DNA of 62,887 nt, filler included, from Reclinomonas americana ATCC 50394 (lineage: Eukaryota), in assembly GCA_048213135.1 (NCBI GenBank). It is 7 parts of 5 records of this genome, joined end to end, with 100 filler letters (N's around TTAATTAATTAA, not from the genome) between each part and the next. Parts side by side here need not be neighbours in the genome. Positions count along the whole stretch, not along the records: positions 39,976 to 56,596 come from PS015661.1; positions 56,697 to 59,647 come from PS015661.1; positions 59,748 to 61,753 come from PS015662.1; positions 61,854 to 62,887 come from PS015665.1; 3 more parts are not named here. The stretch is one strand, 5' to 3'. The notes below the pieces were generated by a model. The model was not told the origin of the DNA. It worked only from the letters and a program-made list of their open reading frames with translations, and did not search any database. The position numbers and the translations under genes were made by a program. Position 1 is the stretch's first letter. The number at the start of each line of letters is the position of its first letter. Of the stretch, positions 54,701 through 62,887 are shown one piece after another.

Positions 54701-56446
54701 CAGTTGATTACACTGACCGGAACTGCGCTGGTAGACAACTCGGCCGACGCGTCGGCATACGTGTTGGGCACTCCCCTTTGTGGCGCCACGACACCGCCGA
54801 CAGCCGTGGCGAGCACCACCATCAGCAGTACATTCGGCAGTGCGACCAGCATCACGTTGACGATTGGAGCGGCGAGTGCAACTGGTGGCACGTACGAACT
54901 GTGCACACGATGGACGCCTGCCAAAGGATATGTGGCGGTGTCCGCATTCGCCATTGGTGAGACTGAGGGGAAGGGAGAAGCTGGGAAAGGGAGAGAGAGA
55001 GGGGGCAGAGGGCAGAGAGATGGGAGAAGAGAGAGGGGAGATGGTGCAACGGAAAGGGGAGAGAGAGAGAGAGGAGGGAGAGGAGGAGGAAACTGAAAAA
55101 GAATGCTGAACTGTGAATGTGCAGGAAATGTGGCGCCGAGCGACATTCTGCTGTCCGGTCCTCAGACATACTCGAGTGCGACGGTGCCATTCACCGTGGG
55201 TACACTGAGCATGGTGGATCTTAACACGGGACAGACGCCGACATTCAGCATCGTGGGCGGCGTGCATGCGGCTCTCTTCAGCCTGGTTGGCGGCAACCAG
55301 CTGACAATCTCGGTGGCTCCGCCTCTGTATCGCCGACTGCAAGTGTTTGTGCAAGTGAGCGACGGCGCGCTGACGTACACCAAGCAGTTCACGGTTGTGT
55401 ATGGTGCGTGGGTGGGGAAGGGAGGGGAATGGGAGAAGGGGAAGGGGTAGGGAAGATATAGATGAATAGTTAGGCGGTTGGCGCTTCTCGTATAAGCAGT
55501 TCACGGTTGTGTATGGTGCGTGGGTGGGGAAGGGATGGGCAGAAGACAAGGGCGGAGAAGATGGATAAGGGAGAGGGGTTAAGAGGCAATATGTGCAGGG
55601 GTGGGGAAGGGATGGGCAGAAGACAAGGGCGGGGAAGATAGATAAGGGAAAGGGCTAAGTGCCAACATGTGCGTGGGTGGGGAAGGGATGGGGAGAAGAC
55701 AAGGGCGGAGAAGCTAAGTGCCAACATGTGCGTGGGTGGGGAAGGGATGGGGAGAAGACAAGGGCGGAGAAGATGGATAAGGGAGAGGGGCTAAGTGCCA
55801 ATATATGTGCAGGAAGACAAGGGCGGAGAAGATGGATAAGGGAGAGGGGCTAAGTGCCAATATTCAGAACTGAGAATGGCGAGGGCTGACAAACAAAGAA
55901 GTCGAGGATGAAGAGCGAAGTGCCAATCCGTGCAGGGCTGAGAGTGGCGAGGAGAGACAAGCAGAGAAATCGAGGGAAGAGTGCAGCGTAACGGGTAATG
56001 GGTCAAAGTGTACTGGCTAATAGGATAGAGAAGGAAGTGTTGTCAAGAGTCCACGGCCAGGCTTGTGGAGGGAGGACTGTGGGGGTTTGGTGACATGAGG
56101 ACGGAAGCTGCACATCTGTGTGATTGTTGTCGCCCTCTGTTCCTCTCCGAAGCAGCGCCTTCAGAAAAACGAGAGTATGGAGCGTTGAGGGAACGGGGAA
56201 AAAGAGAATGGAGGCAGCGGATCTGTGTGATTGTTGTTGCCCTCTGTACCTCTCTGAAGCAGCGCATACAGAGAAATGAGAGTATGGAGCGTTGAGGGAA
56301 CGGGGACAAAGAGAATAGAGGCAGCGGATCTGTGTGATTGTTGTTGCCCTCTGCTCCTCTCCGAAGCAGCGCATTCAGAGAAATGTATGGATCGTTGAGG
56401 GAAGACAAAGTGAGACCGGAAGAAGCAGATCTGTGTGATTGTCGCC

Positions 56447-56500
<54 letters not shown>

Positions 56501-56740
56501 GTACGTCGTCGTACGTACGTACGTCGTACGTACGTACGTACGTACGTACGTACGTACGTCGTACGTACGTACGTCGTACGTACGTACGTACGTACGNNNN
56601 NNNNNNNNNNNNNNNNNNNNNNNNNNNNNNNNNNNNNNNNTTAATTAATTAANNNNNNNNNNNNNNNNNNNNNNNNNNNNNNNNNNNNNNNNNNNNGAGA
56701 ACGAGAGACGAACGAAGACGAGATCTGTGTGTGTCGCCGT

Positions 56741-56785
<45 letters not shown>

Positions 56786-57630
56786 TGCGAAGCAGCGCCT
56801 TCAGAGAATTGAGCATATGCGTTTGGTGCTTATCATTACGGGTGGTTGTGCAGCCTGGGCCACTGGTTGTTCAGCTGTGCAGAATGGAGTTGTGGCTCGT
56901 TGCGTTGTGCTTGCAGTTTGAAGTGTACTCCATTGTCGACCGTCTTACTCTTCGTCATGTCGAGCAGCGGCGTTGGAAGTGTGCCTGTTCGAGGCAGTGG
57001 ATCGACCCGGTGGCACAACCCTGGCTGTGATGCCCTCTGTTGTGAGCGAAGTCGGGTGTTGCGAACTGTGCGATCTGTACACGCAGTGTCGATCGTGGAC
57101 ATTCCTGGATGCTGTTGCGGCGTCGAACTCGTCAGGCGCGAGTGTGTGCACGCTGAAGGCACGTGATCGGAGATCGAAGAAGGGGTCTGTGAGAGAATGC
57201 CAAGCTCATCCTCTCGTTGCATGCAGAGCACCGTGCCGGCGACAGCCGCCAATGCAGAGACCAGCAATGTGTGTGGCTCGCATTTCTGCTTGGTTTCAGG
57301 ACGCAAGACGAGTGTGGCTGCGTATGACAGCAGCGGTTTCCAGACCAGCACGGGTGAGTCTACGCAGAGATAAGACATGAGGGAGAGATCTGTGACTGAT
57401 GTGTTGGGTGCTTGCATGCAGATCGACCTGGTGGCGATCTCACGTGGGCCATCAAGACAACAACCGGCCCACAAGCATGCTCGCTGTGGTGCTCGCAGCT
57501 GACCGCATGCGGCTCGTGGACATTCACGACGTCGACGAAGCAGTGTGTGCCAAAGAGCGGTGTGGTGGCCACGTCGGTGGCGACGGCGTGTGCCACGAGC
57601 GCGGACTGCACGTCGGGCGTGAAGATCTGA
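47849..57630 (+). CDS. Large secreted protein: 2x (FN3-like domain with inserted NHL propeller + cadherin-like), further cadherin-like/IPT-like domains, two C-terminal PAN/apple domains
   Basis: Signal peptide MRVLFSITLLVHLL; NHL repeats (GxADGxGxAARFNxPxGxxxD, YVAD..NHAVR); cadherin-like NxAPTDI..TDxxxGQSFTYS..STDNG; PAN (CCELC..CRSWTF, CSLWC..CGSWTF..CVPK). Splicing is phase-consistent across the gap at 56597-56696. Confidence 0.85.
55494..56450. repeat. Intronic tandem repeat arrays (~55-bp units at 55500-55870; ~115-bp units at 56090-56450)
   Basis: Recurrent gaagacaagggcggagaagatggataagggagagggg units and gcagcggatctgtgtgattgttgttgccctctg units. Confidence 0.85.
56497..56596. repeat. 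(CGTA)n self-complementary microsatellite
   Basis: cgtacgtacgtacg... runs into an assembly gap. Confidence 0.9.
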
Positions 57631-57850
57631 GACAAGGAGATGAAAGGGGAAGCGTGCTGCCTGGCTTATGGCTTTTCCCCGAATTCGATGTGCCGTGTAC
57701 GATCGCAGAAAATGATATGCGTCTATGCAAGTGCGTCAAATCCACTGGTCAACCACGCTTATGCGGTGAAGATCGCAGTTCTCGACTTGTTCGGAGCTCC
57801 GAGAGCGAACCCACACACACACACACAAGAAACCTGCTGCTGCCTCAAGA

Positions 57851-57938
57851 TTGGTGTCTGTGTGGATGTTTTGGATACGGTTGAACTTGGTCATCAAGAC
57901 AGCTGTTGCTTGGTTGTTGGTGAATGAATTTGTTGCTG
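57851..57938. repeat. Dispersed repeat A, copy 2
   Basis: Matches 4856-4942. Confidence 0.85.
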
Positions 57939-58433
57939 CTTGTCAGTGACAATCACTCAACTACACCTCAGCTCCTTCCCGGACTTTCTTGCACGTTGCC
58001 TGGCTTGCTATATTTCTGCATTCCTTTTTGGAATTCGGCGTCAAATCCATGCTTGTCTTGAGCCGTGGTTTCTTTCAGCGGAACGAGCAGTACTCAAATA
58101 AGCAAAATGAAAGAAGAACGAGAAGTGATGGAAGTGTTGAGCTGCGGAACACGAAGTCGAGGACAATCCATAACTGTAGTGTCCTCTCCTTCAGTTCCTT
58201 GCTTCTGTAGGCTTCCTCTCTTACGAGAGCAAGCCACCTGGTTGGCACTTCCGTGGTGGTACGGAACTACAGTATCTCCAAACGTAGTCGGGAGAGGAGA
58301 TCTAGACAAACACTATGTCGACTGCTCTTTCTTCACTTTCAGAAACCATAGTATACCATTAGTAACTGATTATAATAATAATAGAAACTTCACTGATCCA
58401 TACACAACAATGAGCATCTACCAGTGATCGCCA

Positions 58434-58522
58434 TTTCTCTTGCAGAAACGCCAGCATTCGCCATCTCGACTTTTTCCTCGTTTTTTCCTTTGATGTCTGA
58501 CTTTCCGGTGCTCTCACTCAAG
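58434..58522. repeat. Dispersed repeat B, copy 2
   Basis: Matches 47447-47530; both copies are followed by (GTT)n. Confidence 0.85.
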
Positions 58523-58529
58523 GCTAAGA

Positions 58530-58560
<31 letters not shown>

Positions 58561-58655
58561 AGGATTGCAAGAAAACACCGAAAATTGGTGAATTGGTTGC
58601 GAATTTAGGACGATCCATTCAACGTTCACCGGCTCTCCCCACTCACGCGCGCAGA

Positions 58656-61600
58656 ATGCGACGGCGCACCTCCTCGTCGACCTCTGCCTCCCTGGCCTAT
58701 GCAGAAGAAGAAGAGGAGGAAGCAGAGGAAGCAGAGATGAGAGGGAGAGCAATGGCGAGTATGATGATGATGAGTGAGAGTGAGCAGCGGACGTTGCGCG
58801 AGGCCGTGATTCGCATGGGACTTATGGAGGGAACAGTGGCGCGCAAGTGTCGCGCACTTAGTGATCTGACAGCGAGAGCGGTGGCGGCGGCGACGCAGGA
58901 GGGAAAAGGTGAAGAAAAGGGGAGGAGAGTGGCATGAAAAACGCATGTGTGTGTGAGAGAGTGAGAGAGTGTGTGTTTGCTCTTTGTGTGCGTGAGGGTG
59001 TGTGTCAGTGGCGAGCGCATGCATTCGATCAATCACTCGTGCAGACTGAGGGTGTTGCAACGTCACTCTTTCTCACACGCACTCACACTCAGTCACTCAC
59101 TGCACCCGTTGTCACGCTCACTCACTGCGACACTCGCTCCTCCACTCACTCTTCCTCACTCCCGCACTCCGCTCACTCTCCTCTCGTCCCGTCACTCTCT
59201 CTCTCACTCTCCTCACTCACTCCTCCTTGTTATCCTCACTCCGCTCACTCTCCCCTCCTCCTCTTCCTCACTCCCCTCACTCTCCTCGCCTCCTCCTCCT
59301 TGTTCTCCTCACTCCCCTCACTCCCCCACTCCACCCCCTCACTCCCCTCACTCCCTCACTCTCCTCACTCGCCTCACTCCCCTCACTCCCCTCGCTCCCC
59401 TCACTCCCCTCGCTCCCCTCACTCCCCTCGCTCCCCTCACTCCCCTCGCTCCCCTCACTCCTCTCACTCTCCTCCTTGTTATCCTTACTTCCCTCACTCT
59501 TCTAACTCCCCGCACTCTCCTCGCCCTCCTCCTTGTTCTCCTCACTCCTTTCACTTCCCCACTCCACTCTGTCACTCCCCTCACTCACTCCCTTCGCCTC
59601 CCCTCCTTTCTCACTCCCCTCACTCCCTCACTCTCCTCACTCCCCTCNNNNNNNNNNNNNNNNNNNNNNNNNNNNNNNNNNNNNNNNNNNNTTAATTAAT
59701 TAANNNNNNNNNNNNNNNNNNNNNNNNNNNNNNNNNNNNNNNNNNNNCTCTCTCTCTCTCTCTCTCTCCTCCCCTCCCCCCCTCCCCCCCCCCCCCCCCT
59801 CCTCCCTTCTCCCCCCTTCTCCCCCCTTTCCCTCCCTGCCCTGCCCCCTCACCCTCCTTCCCCCCCTTTCCCAGGCCACATTCTTGGTCTGCGCCTGGAC
59901 CCCTACGCCGACGAGGAAGAATTCGAGAGTGGACTCCTTCCACTCCCGCTCCGTGACATGGCCGCCGACTTGCTGAACGACATCACGCCCGCCGACGTGT
60001 GGGGCCTGCAGGGCGAACGCTCCGAATTCCATCGCTCGATCAGCAGCGTGATGAAGGCGCGCGCCAAGGAGACCACTCGATTGTTGCGTCGTCACGCCCA
60101 GCCATGGTTGTTGAATAATTTGCAGTGCGCTCATTCGCGCCCTTCGCAGACCGATTCGCATCTGCGGCGTCTCATTACCACCGACGGACTACTTGCCGAC
60201 GCCTCTCGCTCCCACGCCACCGCTGCTTCCATCTTCTGCGTCGGCTGCCGATGCTGCCGCTGCAGCAGGTCCACCTCCGACCTCAAGCGCCCGTCCTCAA
60301 CGCTGGGCTGTGCTCGCCACANNNNNNNNNNNNNNNNNNNNTCACCCCCTTCCCCTTCCCAGGCCGCCCCTCCTCCGCCCGCTCGGCCCGCACCCCAGGC
60401 ACAACCCGCAGCTCGGCCTTCCAGCGCCCCACCTCCGCCATGCACCGCTCACCGGCGGGCCTCGCTCACCTCGAAGCCTCGCTGTCGTCGCTCCCCTCGG
60501 ACACCAACTCGGAGCTGACACCCATTCCGAGCGTTCACCGCCACGAAAAGTACTCGCCGGCGCCCCCGTCGCACTCCAAAGCTGCCGCGGCGACGACGAC
60601 GACCACCTCAACAACAGCGACCACCACCACGACAACGACGTCTGCGATGCGGCGTCCGTCGATGGTGGCGCCTCCATCGCCACCGCATTCACCAACCTCG
60701 TCTAACGGCAGCATGCACGGCGCGTACCCAACGCCACCTCCACCGCGTCAGCCTCCACCACCGTCATCATCAACCGGCGGCGGCGGCAAAAAGTCGCAGC
60801 AAAAGAGGCATCGCACGGCACGCTTCGCATCGACCGATTCGTCGCCGGCGTCGTCGCCGGTGCAGAACGATTCGCCGCGTGTCAAGGTCCGCACCGGCCA
60901 CCGCATCGAGTTGCACGATCCGATGCATCGACTCGCCGACATGGCGACGCGGCAGGCCTACATCAAGCGTGTCGGCTTCCACCCGCCCAAGCACCGCACC
61001 GACAATGAGTCACCGGAGCCGGAGACACCGACCATCAATGTGCAAGCGCAGTCGCCAATGGCGGCCAATGGCCACCACGCGCCATCACGCTCTCCGTCTG
61101 TTTCGCCTGTTCCTGTCTCACCCGCCATGGGCAACACGAGCACCCTCAGCATGGCGTCGTTCCTGCGGCGATCCGAGGAAGCGGCGTCGCCACCGCCTGC
61201 AACCTTTTTGCGGCGTGTTTCGGCGGCATTTGTGCACATGCCACCCGCGTTTGCCAACCACCACAGTCACCACAACGGTGAGGAGGATGATGAGGAGGAC
61301 GAGTCACCCGACAATGGCAAGGACGAGCCGGCGGCGGCGGCGGCGGCGTCGCCGAATGTGCGTCTGCGCGGATCGGTGGCCGTCAGTGGCTTTGCCACCG
61401 ATAATCGCCGTCGCTCCACGGTGGGCATTCTGACGTCGCCCAGCGAGGCGCTGACGGCGTCGGCCGAGGGTCGCGTCATGGCCTTCCTCACGCCAAACGT
61501 CGGCGGCGGAAGCTGGCGCGTGGTGCCGCCACCTGTCAAGCCGCGCGATCTCACCATGCCCACGCCACCGACGTCGCCGCGACCGAGTCCTCGCAAGGTG

Positions 61601-61753
61601 CAGACGCTGGTCACCGCCACCCCTGCCAACACCAGGAAAAAGGTCGCTGCCGAGGACAACAAGGCCGTCGAGGAGAAGCCGCTCATTGACGATGCCCTCG
61701 TGCCTCCCGGCTCGACGTCGAACCTGTCGCCGGTGCCGCCACCCGGGCCGCCA
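58656..61753 (+). CDS. Unknown protein with a long Pro/Ser-rich low-complexity region (partial)
   Basis: Exon 58656-58908 splices in phase to ccag|GC CAC ATT (~59875), followed by a long open GC3-rich exon up to the gap. No recognisable domain. Confidence 0.6.
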
Positions 61754-61853
61754 NNNNNNNNNNNNNNNNNNNNNNNNNNNNNNNNNNNNNNNNNNNNTTA
61801 ATTAATTAANNNNNNNNNNNNNNNNNNNNNNNNNNNNNNNNNNNNNNNNNNNN

Positions 61854-62813
61854 CTGCAAGACAAGTGCTCGGAGATGCAGAACGAAGTTCGTAAATCTTT
61901 GCAACGATGTCTCTTGTTGATGGTACTATTCTCATTTGGTGTGGTTCGGGATTTGCAGCTGACGATTTCTCGCACCAAGTGTGCTGCGCTCGAAGCAGAA
62001 GTGCGTTCGTCTTCGGCGGTGGAAGAGCACCGGATCAATGGTCACTGACTTTCGTCCTATCGCAGATAGCACAGAAGGACCGTGAGCTTGTTGCAGTGCG
62101 TGGGCAATTGCGAGATCTGGAGGAAGCAGTTGCGTGCTGAAATGATTTGAGCAGGCGTGGTACAATGATCTCTGTTTCAGAGGCGTTTTCCGTCGGAGAC
62201 GCATCTCTTTTTGTGTTGATGGAAATCTGTGTTATCGCTTGTCCTTTAATATCTGCTTCAATCAGGTGGACACTGTTCACGCGGATGCGTCTTCACAAGA
62301 GCGTGCGGCGGCACTGGAAGCGGAGGTATTGACTTTGTGCGCACAGGTGTGTTGCAAGAGACTCACTCGTTTCTGCCATCCGCGCAGTTGGCTGAGGAGA
62401 AGAGCAAGAGTGACAGCGCTGCACGAGAGGTTTGGTCCTTGTCGTCTCCCATACTCTTTCCACTATTTCTCATTTTTGTGGCCACTATTTCTCATTTTTG
62501 TGGCAAACAGGCTGCTCGTTTGTTGTCCGAGTTGGCGACGGCCAGAGAGGAGTTGGCGATCACGAAAGATTCTCTGCGTTCCGCCGAGGAGTCGCTCTCC
62601 AACGAGCTCGACAACAAGGTTGGTGACGCCTTTTAATGCTTTACATGGGCGGTGGTGATCACCACGACTTGTCCTCCTCCCCACAGGCTCGCGAATTGGA
62701 CCGTGTGGGACAAGGCTTCAGCCAGCAACTCGCCGACCTCGATGAGGAGCTCGAACAGAAGAACGCACAGTTGGTCGCTGCGCGGGAAGAACTCCTGGTC
62801 TTGCGAGAGAAGG
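61854..62813 (+). CDS. Coiled-coil protein exons (partial; may continue the preceding gene)
   Basis: Short GT-AG-bounded exons: IAQKDRELVAVRGQLRDLEEA, AARLLSELATAREELAITKDSL, ARELDRVGQGFSQQLADLDEELEQK. Confidence 0.6.
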
Positions 62814-62887
62814 TACTCATTGTGGGAGAGGGAGAGGAGAGGGAGGGGTGAGAGAGGGGGAAGTGCATCTGTGGCTCCGTTTCCCTT

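Overview
Gapped scaffold from an intron-rich eukaryotic microbe (protist-like), with mostly 55-100 nt GT-AG introns plus microsatellite-expanded long introns. There are six 100-bp gaps containing an artificial TTAATTAATTAA linker. The ORF track is largely misleading, so genes were rebuilt by manual splicing. In order: a secreted glutathione-peroxidase-family gene (partial); a degenerate ExoIII/APE gene; an intronless WD40 gene; an RNF5/RMA1-type RING E3; a BIR protein paired head-to-head with a kinase; a UBE3B/C-type HECT E3; SF3B1 (partial); two tandem TPR-coiled coil-IRAK/Pelle-like kinase-RING genes; a small hypothetical gene; an importin-13/transportin-3-like karyopherin; mitochondrial bS18m; a large secreted NHL/FN3/cadherin-like/PAN protein; and partial unknown genes. 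Three observations stand out. (1) The BIR gene and the kinase (MLKL-like N-terminus, WNK-type lysine, UBL domain) are divergent and share an unnamed ~65-aa repeat, making them a candidate cell-death/immune module. (2) About 25 introns use a shifted 5' splice site, non-G|GTTGCG. (3) Both TPR-kinase-RING paralogues need two consecutive 4-nt microexons. All domain calls come from motif recognition by eye; no searches were run.
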